Source: Camelus dromedarius
Lineage: Eukaryota
Assembly: GCF_036321535.1 (NCBI RefSeq)
Contig: NC_087437.1
Coordinates: forward strand, 16,804,001-16,868,000
DNA length: 64,000 nucleotides
Direction of reading: 5' to 3'
Shown: positions 1 to 14,127 of the stretch, one piece after another
Position numbering within the stretch: position 1 is the stretch's first letter
Layout: the number at the start of each line of letters is the position of its first letter
Notes under the pieces: generated by a model
What the model saw: only the letters and a program-made list of their open reading frames with translations
Told to the model about the DNA's origin: nothing
The model's database searches: none
Program-made: the position numbers and the translations under genes

Positions 1-74
1 ATAATCCCTGACATTCCTGAAGCACGTTAGAGTCTGTAGTTTCTAGATCAGTATTATAATCCTTTTTTTTTTTT

Positions 75-185
75 TTTTGACTAATGATAAAGGTTGAGGC
101 CCAAATATGGTTGAGTGACTTGGATAAGATCACATAGCAAGTAAATGGCTGAACTGGAAATAGAACTCAAGTGTTCTGCTTCCCT
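75..185. mobile_element. MIR SINE relic
   Basis: tgaggcccaaatatggttgagtgacttggataagatcacatagcaagtaaatggc core. Confidence 0.65.
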
Positions 186-2327
186 CTGTTTTCTTCCCTA
201 CCTCTCTCCTTAGTCTTCCTCTTATACGTGAATATATGCTCATGAAACATTCAGATAAAATAAACATGTATAGACTAGTAATTAGAGGTCACTATTTATC
301 TCTTCACTTGGCCATTTCACTCCCTTTCCCAGAGGGAACCCATATCGTCTGTGGTTTTATTCCCTTATCTGTGTATTTATGGAGTATGTAGTTTTGTTCT
401 GAATGACTGCTTCATTGGATTTTTTTAAATATGTGAAACCATACTCATTGTTCTGTTAACTTTTTTTAACTTAACAGTATGTCTTGACATCCTTTTCATT
501 TCCATTCATATAAATCTATCTCATTCTTTTAACTGCTGCACAATCTATGGCATGGCTGTACTGTAATTACATATTCCTCTGTTGAAGATGGTCAAGTCGT
601 TTTTATATTCTCCCCATTACAATAATGCAGTGAACATCCTTGTACTTTCCTCTTGTCTGTAAATGAGTAAAAATTTCTCTAAAATAGCCTACTGGAGGGA
701 AAATCCTGAATCAGATGGTATATGCATTTTCAGTGTGACAGATCCTGCCAAGTTACCCTCCTAAACGCCTGCATTTGTTCACACTTACATACTCACCAAC
801 AGCAGAAGTTACACTTTTTTCTTCATTTTATGACAGTCCAGTAGGTGAAAATGAGAGCTCCTTGCTTCTCAAGATCTTTTTATTGTGCATATTCTGCTTT
901 ATACACATTAAAGAGCATTTTATAAAACAAAACATTACAAGAAAGTTTGGAAAACAGAAGAAAAAACATTTTACCATCCTAATACAACTAATGTTTTTGT
1001 ATATATTCTCTAGTCTCATTCAGATGCATATCTGGATTTTAAGATTTAACATAGTTCTTAATGTGTACAATCTTACATCGGATATTCTGCACCCACTATA
1101 TGGTTTTCCATTTTTTCTATGTAGACTTTATAATGTTTAGTGGCTTCATAATCTTTCATTAAGTGGATTTTACCATAATTTAATAATTTGTGTTGTTTTC
1201 GATTTGCCCCAAAGCATTTTAGATTCCCAGTATTTACATTTTAGAAAATAATTTTTATCAAAGTAATACATTTGCATTATGAAATGAGTCACCTTTGTTT
1301 CTTATGTTTTTCACCTTGAATTCCATTTTATTTTCTAATGATATTGACATACGTTTTCTTTTTGTTAAGATTTAGCTAGAGTATGTTTTAACTCTCCTTT
1401 TAAATTTTATTTCAGACTTACCTCTTACAGACACCCTATGCCTAGATCTGCTCTTTGAGTTTGGTTTTTATTCTCAATCTGAAGATCTTTTAATGGGAGA
1501 TTTAGCTCATTCACCTTTATTTTGATTGTTGGTGTATCTGATCTTATTTTTGCCATCTCACTTTGTTTTTTCTATTTCCTAAGTTTCTTTATGGTTTCTT
1601 TTATCTTTTTTTCTGAATCTTTCATTTCTGAAAAGATCTTCATTTATCTGCCCACTTAAATCATAATTTGGCTGGCTATAAGAATTCTGGGCCCAAAATC
1701 ATTGTTTCTGGTGTTTTCACTGGGGGCACACAGTGAGTCAGAAGAGAAGCAGGTTTATTTCCATCCCAGGGCCCTGCAGCTCTTCCCTACATGCCTTCTA
1801 TGCCAGCCGTTCTTCCCCACCACTTCCCCGCATCATCACAGTGGTATACGTAAGTCACCTTTATGGTAAACTTGATTCCATTACAAAACCAATCCTGTAT
1901 GTGGATGCCCACTCTTCATAATAGAATAGATAGATGACCATTCTTTGTAACTTTGAAAAGTTAAAAGCAGTGTCAGTTTATAGCCATGTAATAAGTAAGT
2001 CTGTTGTCTGATTGTTCTGTGCTTGCTAGTCTGGGGACCTCTGATAGGCTGCAGGCCCCTTGGTGACGGTCCTTCCCTTTCCCTGCTTTTAAATCCTCCA
2101 TAGCATCTCACCCTTTGCTAAGCATATTACATAGCTCGTAAATACTTGTAGATTGATCAACTGATTAAAGGTAGAATGAGGTTGCCTACTAAAAGTTCCC
2201 AGTTTGGTACCAAAACCAAAATTTTTTATTCAGTTTAAAATAAAAATTTACTAGAATCTATATAATGGCCAAACCTGAGTTTTCATAATTTTAAAATAAA
2301 TTAATCCTTCTATTCATACCATTTCAG

Positions 2328-2484
2328 ACTCTAGCCCTTTTGGAAGAAGAGGAAGATATAAACCAAATCACAGATTACTTCTCCTATGAACATTTCTATG
2401 TTATTTATTGTAAATTTTGGGAACTAGATAGTGACCATGACCTCTACATCAGCCAAGCCGATCTATCTCGATACAATGACCAGG
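2328..2484 (+). CDS. PPP2R3A: PP2A regulatory subunit B'' alpha (PR72/PR130), internal coding exon A (157 nt) with first EF-hand
   Basis: tttcag|ACT...CAG G|gtaagt; encodes [52 protein letters not shown], a B''-family sequence with EF-hand loop [12 protein letters not shown]. Confidence 0.97.
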
Positions 2485-3459
2485 GTAAGTGTTTCTACAA
2501 TAGTCGAGACTTAACTATTTTGAAGAAGGCAAGAGTTAAATCGTGCTCGCTCATTATGAGGAATTCCCTTATCTTAAAATCTGTATGTAATCAAGTCCTA
2601 TTTAAAGGGCCAAGAAATGTTAAGTGGAAATGGTGACAAGATTAATTTTTATTTAGAAACCGGGTGTAGGAGAAGGGCTTTGGAGGTCAGTAAGAAATCA
2701 GTCTTAGTTTTGATCAGTTGGTGAGTCTTTATAGTGATGGCTTATTTTCTGATGATGAACTAAATAAAAATCACATCTGTGTAAATTTTACTTGGAAGAG
2801 AACATATATACACCGTTTTAAATTCTCATTTTATATTTATAAACAGCCAAGGATGAAAATAATGTTTCTAACTTGCCAGTGTTTTCAAGGACTCAGAAAA
2901 ACTTACATTTCGGAATTTATTTCTAGAAAAGATTTTTTTCTGCAGATGAATTTTGTGTGCTTTCTTTTGTCAAAAAAACAAAAAATTACATATCGCATGC
3001 TACTACACTTTTTGCTTCATTTTGACCAATAGTAGTAAACTTAGAACCTATTACCTACTGATTTAATATTCTTAACCAAGCACCAAGACACACTGATAAT
3101 CCTTCTCTCATAAGATTGTCCCTGTTCTATTCTTAAGTGTCTTCTCAGACACTGTGGATTTTTTAAAATAAGCCATTAGCCTTCTAGATGTAGCAAAGTA
3201 CAAATCTCAAATAAATGCACTGAATTTTGCTTCTGTTATTTGGTATATCTGTGACTAATAGTATACATTTAAAAAAATAGTATACATCTTAAGGAAAGTT
3301 TCATTCTATATGATGTCAAGTTTTATAGAACTTACCATATTTAAGAAAGAGTCCTGCCTCCCAAAACTCAGGTACCAACCAGACATCACGAAGAAAATAC
3401 TAAATTGTACTTATTTGATAAACAAGCATTTTAGTACTGTATCTTCACTGGTTCAAGTA

Positions 3460-5809
3460 CAGGCATACCTCATTTTATTTCACTTTGCTTTATTGTGCTT
3501 TGCAGTATTTTTTACAAATTGAAGGTCCTACGTTGAACAAACCTATTGGTGCCATTTTTCCAACAGCATTTGTTCACTTAGTGTCTCTGTGTCACATTTT
3601 GGTCATTCGCACAATATTTCAAACTTTTTCATTATTATTATATTTGTTATGGTGATCTGTGGTCAGTGATCTTTGATGTTACTTTTGTAATTGTTTTGGG
3701 GTGCCATGAACTGCTCCTGTATCGTAGCCAACTTAATCGATAAATGTTGTGTACCTTCTGACTGCTCCACCAACCAGATATTTCCCTGTCTCGCTCCCTG
3801 TCCCAGTCCTCTCTGTTCTCTGAGACACAGCAATATTGAAATTAAGTCAATGAATAGCCCTATAGTGGCCTCTAAGTGTTCAAGTGAAAGGAAGAGTCAC
3901 ACGACTCTCACTTTAAATCAAAAGCTAGAAATGATTAAGCTTAGTGAGGAAGACAAGTTGAAAGCCAAGATAGGTGGAAAAGTAGGCTTCTTGTGCCAAA
4001 CAGTTGGCCAAGTTGTGAATGAATGCAAAGAAAAGTTCTCGAAGGAAATTAAAAGTGCTAGTCCAGTGAACACACGAATGATAACAAAAAAAGTGAAATA
4101 GCCTTGTTTGCTGATATGGAGAAAGTTTTAGTGATCTGGAAAGAAGATCAAACAAGTCACAACATTCTCTTAAGCTAAGTCTTCATGCAGAACAAAGCCC
4201 TGTCTCTCTTCAATTCCATGAAGGCTAAGAGAGATGAAGCTACAGAAGGGAAGTTGGAAACTAGCAGAAGTTGGTTCATAAGGTTTAAGGAAAGAAGCCA
4301 TTTCTATAATATAAAAGTACAGGGCGAAGCAGCAAGTTATCCAGATCTAGCTAAGACAGTTAATAAAGGTGGCTACACTAAACAACAGATTTTCAGTGTA
4401 GACAGAACAGCCCTGTATTGGAAGAAGATGCCGTCTAGGACTTTCATAGCTAGAGAGAAGTCAATGCCTGGATTCAACACCTCAAACGACAGGCTGACTC
4501 TCTTGTGAGGGGCTAATGCAGCTGGTGACTTTAAGTTGAAGCCAATGCTCACTTACCTTTCTGAGAGTCCTAGGGCTCATAAGAATTATGCTAAATCTTT
4601 TCTACCTGCGCTTTATAAATAGAACAACAAAGCCTGGATAACAGCACATCTGTTTACAACATGGTTTTCTGTATATTTTAAGCCCACTATTGAGACCCAC
4701 TGCTTAGGAAAAAAAGATTCCTTTCAAAATATTACTGCTCATTAACAATGTGCCTGGTCACCCAAGGTCTCTAATGGAGATGTACAGTGAGATTACTGTT
4801 CTTTACATGCCTGCTAACACAGCATCCATTCTGCAGCCCATGGAGTAATTTCAACTTTCAAGTCTTATTTAAGAAATACATTCCATAAAGCTATAGCTAC
4901 CAAAGATAACGATTCCTGTGATGGATCTGGGCAAAGTCAACTGATAACCTACCGGAAAGGATCATCATTCTAGATGCCATTAAGAACATGTGATTCATGG
5001 GAAGAGGTCAAAATATCACCATGAACAGTTTGGAAAAAGTTGATTCCAGCCCTCATGGATGACTTTGAGGGGTTCAAGACTTCAGTGGAGGAAGTAACTG
5101 CAGATGTGTTGGAAATAGCAAGACAGTTAAAAGTACAGCCTGAAGATGTGACTGACTTGCTGCAATCCTATGATAAAACTTTAATAGATGAGGAGTTGCA
5201 GCTTATGGATGAGCAAAGAGAATAGTTTCTTGCGATGGAATCTACTCCTGGTGAAGATGCTGTGAAGATTGTAGAAATGACAACAAAGGATTTAGAATAT
5301 GACACAAACTTAGTTGACAAAGCAGCAGCAGAGTTTGAGAGGATTTTCTCCAATTTTGAAAGAAGTTCTACTGTGGGTAAAATGCTATCAAACAGCATTG
5401 CATGTTACAGAGAAATCATTTGTGAAGGAAAGAATCGATCCATTCAGCAAACTTCATTGTTGTCTTATTTTTTAAAATTGCCACAGCCACCTCAGCCTTC
5501 AGCAGCCACCACCCTGCTTAGTCAACTGTCATCAACATTGAGGCAAGAGCCTCCACCAGCAAAAAGATTACAGTTTGCTAAAGGTTCAGATGATGGTTAG
5601 CATTTTTTAGCAATAAAGTATTTTTAATTAAGGTATGTACCTAGTTTTTTTAGACATAATGCTATTGCACACTTATAGGCTACAGTATAGTATAAACATA
5701 ACTTATATGTACTGGGAAACCAAAAAATTCACGTAACTTGCTTTATTGTGATATGCACTTTATTGAGGTTGTCTGGAGCCGAACCCACAATACCTCTGAG
5801 GTATGCCTA
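3460..5809 (+). mobile_element. Full-length Tigger1 (TcMar/pogo) DNA transposon, inactivated
   Basis: TA|CAGGCATACCTC...GAGGTATGCCTA|TA terminal inverted repeats with TA duplication; broken transposase frames ([55 protein letters not shown]). Confidence 0.95.
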
Positions 5810-7099
5810 TAGTCATAACCTTCCTGTTACCGGAATAGCATAAAAATGGACATACTCATAGGGGTATCAGGTCATCTTTACTAGCTATGCACCTTCTGGT
5901 TACCAGTGGTCAGATCATCTGTACAACATGAGCTAGCCTCTAAAGGTCGTGCAGAACCCTGTGGTCTCTAAGGCACCTTCTCTGGCTGGCATAACTACAG
6001 TTCTGATTAAGTCCCAAAATATTGTGTATACACACGTAGCAACTCATTAGAGGCATGTTAAAGGAATGAAGTCTAGAACAGCTGGCATCTAGGCCTGCAT
6101 AATGAAAGGGCCACTGAAACTCTGCATAACTGCCCTCCCACCAACCTGTCTTTAATGGGACAACATAAGCTTCAGTTTTAGGAGGTTAAACCTTCCAAAT
6201 CTTTAAAAAAATAAAAGAAGTGTTTCAAAAATACTTTAGCTTCAGAATTGAATATCCTTGCCTTTGATATATAACCCCCTTTTTTTCTATCTGGCACAAA
6301 TTATTAACCCCATAAACCAGTGTTCAACAAAGTCTAGAGGGTCCTTATATAACCTTTGGTACATAACCAGGCATGGCTGTGCTGACACACATATGCTCAA
6401 CATTCTTCAACCAAACTAATTAACCTTTACGTTGACTATGCCTGACTCTGTGCAGAAGAGTTAGATGCTGATAGCTGCTAACTCTCTGGTGACCTCATCA
6501 CTGGTTCTGAAATTTTAGTGTGCACGCCTTTGCCTGGGGCACTGGCTGAAAGAACAGATTCCTGTCCTCACCACATCTCTGGGTCCAAGATCCATTAGCA
6601 TCTCCTTTTTTAAAACTCATGCTTTTGGTTACTTTGAACTCACAGCGATGTACACTGATACAGATTCTCTAGGATCTATCATCAAAAGGAATATACTGTC
6701 TTAAGATATTATTGTCCCTCTCTGAGTAAAACCTAGTGCTGGAATTTCTAACAAATTGTACAATGTGTCGCATAATATCCTGGACTTCTATAGGATGAGA
6801 ATGTAAGAAAAGTATCTGTGGTATATTTCAGTATCTTTTATAAATTTCTACATGAAAACATTCTCCATCGTTTTACTCAGATCCCTTATATTAGGAGCCA
6901 ACAGTCAGTTCCCCTTTGAATTTAATGCTAGGAAAAAATTTGTCTGGTTTTAGAGGAAAAGTTGTCTTATTGAATAACAAGATCAATACAAATTTTGTAC
7001 ATTTTTGTCTTAGTTGTCAGTATATTCAGAACCAACTTGGTGCTTAACTATATTAATACACCGCAGCTGTCAGGCACATCTGTTTGCCTGTTCTTTTGT

Positions 7100-7102
<3 letters not shown>

Positions 7103-7130
<28 letters not shown>
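7103..7130 (+). repeat. (GATT)7 tetranucleotide repeat
   Basis: Seven perfect units. Confidence 0.95.
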
Positions 7131-7309
7131 AAGCCATCTCAAATTCTTACTTTCAAAAAATATAAATTATACATAAGTAAAAAGTTACTACTCATATTCA
7201 CATCATGAAGATTATTAAGTTTTAGCTTGAAGCTGTAAAAATAAATTGCCAAAAGTATTCCCTTTGAGAGCATGTTTTAACTAGCTTTGTACTTTTTATT
7301 TACATTTAG

Positions 7310-7358
7310 CTTCATCAAACAGGATTATTGAAAGGATATTCTCTGGGGCAGTAACAAG
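7310..7358 (+). CDS. PPP2R3A: PPP2R3A internal coding exon B (49 nt)
   Basis: catttag|CT...ACA AG|gtaaga; ASSNRIIERIFSGAVTR; phase matches exon A. Confidence 0.95.
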
Positions 7359-7818
7359 GTAAGAAAAAGCATCTGAGTTTAAAAATGAACTACAATACTG
7401 TAACAATCTCATTTTAGCAAGGCTTCCTGAATAACTTGGCCATGCTGTAGGTCAGATAATAATACTCTACGAAACATGGAGTAATGGCTTCATATAAGAC
7501 AGTAGTAATTCTTTTATATATGGGCATTAGTCCTTTATCTAAATACAGGTAACAGTGCTTCACCTGGTGATTATTTGCATTTACATTAGAAAGCAGATTT
7601 CTTTCTTCATATCTGCAAATGCTTTCTGGTTTCAACCTCTAGGCCTTTGAAAACAAGATAGGCAATGGAAAGGGGTTGCCTTTTGTGAGGTTTCTAGCAT
7701 TGTAATTTTTTTAACTTAATTTCCAAAGAAAGATGTTACTTTATCTCTTAGTCTGTCATCCTACTAAATTTACCTAAGTAACTGCTCAGGAAATGTTATA
7801 ACCATATGTTTTCTTCAG

Positions 7819-7908
7819 GGGAAAAACAGTACAGAAAGAGGGAAGAATGAGCTATGCCGATTTTGTTTGGTTTTTGATCTCCGAGGAAGACAAAAGGAAC
7901 CCTACCAG
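7819..7908 (+). CDS. PPP2R3A: PPP2R3A internal coding exon C (90 nt)
   Basis: ttcttcag|G GGA...ACC AG|gtatga; GKTVQKEGRMSYADFVWFLISEEDKRNPTS. Confidence 0.96.
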
Positions 7909-8264
7909 GTATGACTTCCAAGTTTCCTTTGCCAAGATGGAACAGACATAGTCTCTGCCCTCTCAGACTGAATCCATAGTCACAGCATATCAGGAGCCCT
8001 TACCCCCAGAAACAAAGGTGAGGTGATGTGAGCTGGCCCTGAAGGGTAAGTAGGACTGGTAAGCATTTATGTGGAATATAGGACTACATACTGTGAATTT
8101 TAGTTGTTTCCTGATCTTCCTGGTTCAGTAGTAAATTGGAGAGGAAAGAAGAGCAAATTGTGGATGACTGATATATGAGAACATGCCCTCATTCCCCCAG
8201 TTAGAATCATCTCTCCCTTCCCTTGGCATACCTGATTTGTAGCTGTGAGTTTACACATCTATAA

Positions 8265-8355
8265 CATTGTGTTACACAAGCTAGGAAGAAAAAGAAGAGA
8301 GGGCTACAAACATCTGTGTCCCTCTGTTTTTCTTCCTAGCTTGTGTGACACAGTG
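8265..8355. repeat. Inverted repeat / hairpin (29-bp stem plus 6-bp extension)
   Basis: 8265-8293 is complementary to 8327-8355, and 8298-8303 to 8320-8325. Confidence 0.9.
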
Positions 8356-9679
8356 CCCTGCACATAGCTTGTGCTTAGTACCGAGGGAGAGAGAGGCAGC
8401 CATCCCTGATGCTGCTCGCGGGTGTCATTGACTCAGCTGTCTGCATGGTAGTTCAAGATGTTATCTAAATGTTGGATGTATGGTTTTGAAATCATTAAAA
8501 CAGAAATAAAACTAAGCTATTTCGGGCAGCTTATTATATTATTTTAAATAACTTTGTTGTCCATTTCAAAAATAGTAATTTGTTGTTCATTATGGATAAC
8601 ATGGATAAAGCAGAAGAAAACAAATTTTAATGCTAATAATTCTAACACTCAGAAAAAGACTATTAAGAGTTAATATGTGTTATATAGTTTTTTTCATATA
8701 AACGTTTACATACTCTTTGGACATTAAGATTAATTCCATAGGATTAAATCCTAGATACTATACACTCCAAAATTTTCATAGAATGCTCTACTAAATATCC
8801 TCTAGCTTTAGCTGAATACTTGTCACACCCACAGTTTTTTCCCTTAAACTCTCCCAAAAAGGACCTGCTAAGGTTAAAGGAGATAGACATTTTTAAGAGC
8901 ATTTATAAAAATTATTAAACTGCTTTTCAGAAAAACTATAATTTTATACTTTATTAACAAAGTATTGAGCATATTTCCTATAACCCTTAATACTAGGAGT
9001 CTTCCTCTTGATAAATTAATATTTTTATCAATATTTATATCAATATCAATAAAATATTTTCAAACTTGATAAATAAAAATTTAGTATTATCTTATTTTGC
9101 ATTTCTTTGATTGCTAGTGAGACTGAATTTTTTTCATATATTTTTGGCCATTTTTATTTCATCTTAGATGACTTGCCTTTTCATATCTTTTACTCATTTC
9201 TGCTGGATTAATTTGTATAAGTTTATTGTTTTATCACAAATACACATTAAATATTAAAAATTATAAAATACAAATATTCCGAAGCCTTAATATAAAATTC
9301 ATTCATAATTGCATGACCCATAGTTAACATTTTGGTATATGTCCTTTCACACCTTCTTCTCATCCTACTTCCTCTCTCCCCCTTCTTCTTCCCTTCATCC
9401 CCTCCTTATAGTCCTCTGCCCTCTCTTTCTCTCTGCACCAAATGACATAGTATGCTAAATGGTATCATACAATACAAATTTGTAATACACTTTTTCATAT
9501 AGGAGGATATTTCTATGCAAGTATGCATGTTTATAATCATTTTATCATTAATCCATTATTTAGAGTACTTAGGTTGTTTTAATTACTTAAATTTCCAAAG
9601 ATTTGAAGTCTGTATTTTTCTGTTTCTTGCCTTTTTGCTGTTCTATTAATCCTCTCAATTTCAATCTTTTATCTTTCAT

Positions 9680-11870
9680 ATTTACTTAGTTATGGAAAAG
9701 CTTTCCTCAAATACTTCCCATTTTGTCCCGTTACCCCGTAGGAACAAATGAAGAGAACTAGAAATGATAATAAAGCAGGTTAATATAACAAACTTTGTGA
9801 TTATACACGTGCTCTCCTTTCTCCTCTCAGCTTCTTTAAAAAACAAATTATATACAGGAATAATTATTGTTGGGTCTGTAATATATAGAGATGTAATATA
9901 TATATATAGCACAACAAGAAAGAAGAGAGAATAGAGTTATATAGGGGTAACATTTAAAATCTCACTGGAACTAAGTATAAATCTGAAGTAATTTAAGAAG
10001 TTAAAATGTATATGGTAAGCCTTAGAGCAACCAGTAGGAAATTAACTCAAAAATGCATAGTGAAAAAAATCATTAAGAGTTAAAATGTTCCATTTAGAAA
10101 ATACTCACTTAATGTAAAAGAAAGCAGCAAAGGAAAAATAGAGGAAAAGCTCCAAGATACATAGAAAAGAAAAAGTAAAATGACGGGCATAAGTCTAAGT
10201 ATAACAATAATAACATTAAATGTGAATGGATTCATCATATTGTCAAAAGGCAGAAATTTTATTTTTCAGACTGAATCAGAAAAACACGTTTTTTGGATAC
10301 AATTCTGTACTGTCTACATGAGATACGTATTAGATTTAAAGATACAAAAGGGTGCAAAAAGAAATACAAAAGATCAAGATACATCATACAAATAACAAGC
10401 ATAAGAAACCTAGAGTGGCTATATAAATATCAGAGGTCATAGACTTTAATAAAAAAATTGTTACAACAGACAAAAAAGAACATCTTATTTCATAAAAGGA
10501 TCAGTCCCACAGAAAGACATACAATTATAAACATATATACACCTAGCAGCACAAAGCCCTAAAATATATGAAATAAAAATTGTAAGGAAATTGTAAGGAA
10601 AAATAAACAATTCAGCAGTAGCATTTGGAGACTTCAGTACCCTGCTTTTGGTAATAGACAAAACAGCCAGGAAGGAGATCAACAAGGAAATAAAATTCAT
10701 GAATAACACTATAAACGAAACCAAAAACCAATAAACCTAACAGATATCTATAGAACACAAGCTAAGAACAGTAGAATATGTATTCTTCTCAAGTGCACAT
10801 ATAGAACATTCTCCAGGTTAGAATATGTGGTAGGCCACGTAATAGCCTTCAAGAATATAAAAAGTGAAATTATATAAATTATGTTCTCTGACCAGAATAA
10901 AATTAATAATAACAGAAGGAAATGTAGGAATTCACAAATAAATAGAAACAATGCACTGCTTAAATAACCAGTGGATCAAAGAAGAATACATAAAAGAAAT
11001 TAGAAAATTATTTAAAATTAATGAAAATGAAGACACAGCATACCAAAACTTTAAGATGAATGAAAAGGAAAACAGTATACCAAAACTTACGGGATGTAAC
11101 AAAAGCAGTACAAAGAAAATTTCTTCCTGTAAATCCATATATTGAAAGAGAAGAAATGTCTTAAGTCAATAACCTAACCTTCCACTTTAAGAAACCAGGA
11201 AAAAAGAGTAAAAGAAAATTAGCAAACAGAAAAAAGAAAAGAATAAAGATTAGAATGCATAAATGAGAGAATAGGAAAATAAAATCAGTGGTGCCAAAAG
11301 TCATTTCTTTTGAAAAGATCAATAATATTGATAAGGCTTTAGCTATCCTAATCAAGAAGAAAGAGAACATACAGATTAAGGTCGGAATGAAGAGGGAACA
11401 TGAGTACTGACCATATAGGAATAAAAAGGATTATAGTAGATATATACAACAACTTTCTGCTAATAAATTAGGTAACTTAGACAAAATGAACAAATTACCT
11501 AGAGAGACACAAACTACTAAACTGGTTCAAGAAGAAATTAAAAATCTGAATAGGAAGAATAATCCCAGGCTGAGTTGGCCTCACTAGAGAACACTATCAA
11601 ACATTTAAAAAATAGTAACAATTCTTTACAAACTCTTAAAAAAAATAAAAGAGGAAGGAACACTTCCAAATTCCTTTCATGAGGTCAATATTACCCAGAT
11701 ACCAAAACCAGACAAAATATTCAAGAAAACTTCAAACCACTATTCTTTATGAATACAGATGCAAAAAATACTCAACAAAATTAGGAAACTGAATCTAGCA
11801 AAATATGAAAAAGATTGTGTACCATGAGCAAGTGAAACTTACCCCCAAAATACAAGATTGATTTACCATC
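9680..11870 (+). mobile_element. Old L1 fragment (inter-ORF region, ORF2 endonuclease to start of RT)
   Basis: SITIITLNVNG ORF2 start motif at ~10195, LNNQWIKEE motif, many frameshifts; boundaries approximate. Confidence 0.85.
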
Positions 11871-14127
11871 TAAAAAAGCAGTTCTAAGAGGGAAATTTAT
11901 AGCAACAAATGCCTACATAAGAAAAATAGAAAGATCACAAATAAACAACTTTACACCTAAAAAAACTAAAAAAGAACAAACTGAACCTGAAGTTAGCAGA
12001 AAGAAGGAAATGATAAAGTTCAGAGCAGAAATAAATGACATAGAGACTAGGAAAGATCAATGAATCTTTGGTTTTTTGACAAGGTGAGCAAAATTAACAA
12101 ACCTTTAGCTAGACTAAGAAAAAAGAAGACTCAAATAAAATTATAAGTGAAAGAGGAGACTTTACAACAGAAACACAAAAGATCATATGAGACTACTGTG
12201 AACATTAATGTGTCAACAAATTAGATAACCTAGAAGGAATGGATAAATTCCTAGAAACGTACAGCCTACCAAGACTGAATAGAAAATCTGAACAAATAAC
12301 AAGTAAGGAGATAGAATCAGTAATTAACCTCCCCAAAAGGAAAAGCCCAAGACCTAATGACTTCACAGCTGAATTCCACCAGCAAAGGAGGAATGAATGC
12401 AAATTATTCTCCAGCTCTTCCAAAAAACTGAAGAGGAGGGAATATTCCCAAATTCACTTTATGAGACTAGTGTTACCCTCATACCAGATAAGGACACTAT
12501 AAGAAAATTGGAGGCCAACGTCCCTGATAAACATAGATAAAGAAATCCTCAACAAAATACCAGCAAACTGAATTCAGCAACTTATTTAAATGATTATGCA
12601 CCGCCATCAAGTGGGGTTTGTGCCTAGGATGCAAGGATGGTTTGACATACAAAGCAGTAAATGTCATATACCATATTAAAAGAATGAAGGATAAAAATAT
12701 ATATCAATTCAATAAATATAGGAAAGCATTTGACAAAATTCAACACCCTTTAGAGATAAAAAAAAAATTCTCAAGTTAGGTGTATCAGGAATGTACCTCA
12801 ACATGATAAAGACTGTGTATGACAGCTGGCATCATACTCAGTGGTAAAAATATGAAAGCTTTTCCTCTGAGATCAGGAACAAGACAAATATACCCATTCT
12901 TGCAACCTTTATTCAACTAGCAGGACTAATTAGGCAAGCAAAAGAAAAGATATCCAAACCAGAAAGGAAGAAGTAAAATTTTCTTTCTTTGCCGATGACA
13001 TAATATCATATGTAGAAAACCTTTAAAGACTACAAAAAAAAAAAAAACTGTTAGAACTAATAAATGAATTCAGTAAAGTTGCAGAATACAAAATAAAACT
13101 ACAAAAATTATTTGCATTTCTATACACTAACAACAAAGTATCTGAAAAGGAAATTAAGAAAATGGTCCCATGTACAATAGCATCAAATAAAATAAAACAC
13201 ACAGGAATATATTTAACCTGGGAGGTTAAAGATATGTACACTGAAATGTATGAAATCTTGATGAAAGAATTTGAAGAGGGTGCAAAAAATAGAAAGATAT
13301 CCTATCTTCATGAGTTGGAAGAATGGATATTGTTAAAATATGCATACTACTGAAAGTGATCTACAGATTCAATGCAATACCTATCAAAATTCCAATGACA
13401 TTTTTCACAAAAAAAAATAAGAACAACCCTAAAATTCATACAGAAGTACAAAATAACAAAAAAAAATCTTAAACAAAAATAAAGCTGGAGGTATCACACT
13501 ACCTGATTTTAAAATATTCAATAAAACTATAATAATCAAAACAGCATGGTATTGGCATAGAACAGACATATATATTAATGGAACAGAATAGAAAACCCAG
13601 AAATAAATCTGTGCATTTATGGTCAATTGATCTTCAACAGAGATACCAAGAACACACATGAGGAAAGGACAGTCTCTTCAATGAAGGGTGTTGGGAAAAC
13701 TGGCTATCTATATACAAAAGAATTAAATTGGACCCTTATCTCAACTATAAAAAGTCAACTCAAAATGGATTAAAGACTAAAGTATAAGACCTGAAACTAT
13801 AAAACTACTAGACGAAAACATAGGGAACAAACTTACTGACACTGGTCTGTGAAATTTGATTTGGAGGGATATGACCCAAAAGCACAAGCACAAAAGCAAA
13901 AATAGACAAATAGGATTGAATAAAACTAGAAAGCTTCTAGTAGGAAACAGTCAACAGAATGAAGAGAGAACCTATGGAATCAGAGAAAGTACATGCAAAC
14001 GATACATATGGTAAAGAGTTAATATTGAAAATACATAAGGAACTCAATTCAATAGCAGGAAAGCAGCTCAATTAAAAAATAGACAAAGGACCTAAATAGA
14101 CATTTCTTTAAAAAGATATACTAATGG
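11871..14127 (+). mobile_element. Second L1 ORF2 fragment; left arm of the fold-back
   Basis: Restarts at aaagcagttctaagagggaaatttatagc (KAVLRGKFIA); MDKFLETYSLPRLN; RT region. Confidence 0.88.

Noticed and set aside
775..1140. 121-aa ORF and similar short low-complexity ORFs across the window
   Set aside because: AT-rich composition-driven frames, mostly in decayed L1, with no splice or homology support
2485..2636. C-terminal extension of ORF 2340..2636
   Set aside because: Read-through past a consensus donor (G|gtaagt) into the intron
3691..5600. TIGD1/CENP-B-like protein-coding gene
   Set aside because: The transposase is broken by stops and frameshifts inside a TIR-bounded Tigger1
9008..9060. 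AT-rich short inverted/tandem repeat (ttgataaa...tttatcaa)
   Set aside because: Low complexity and short; expected by chance or slippage
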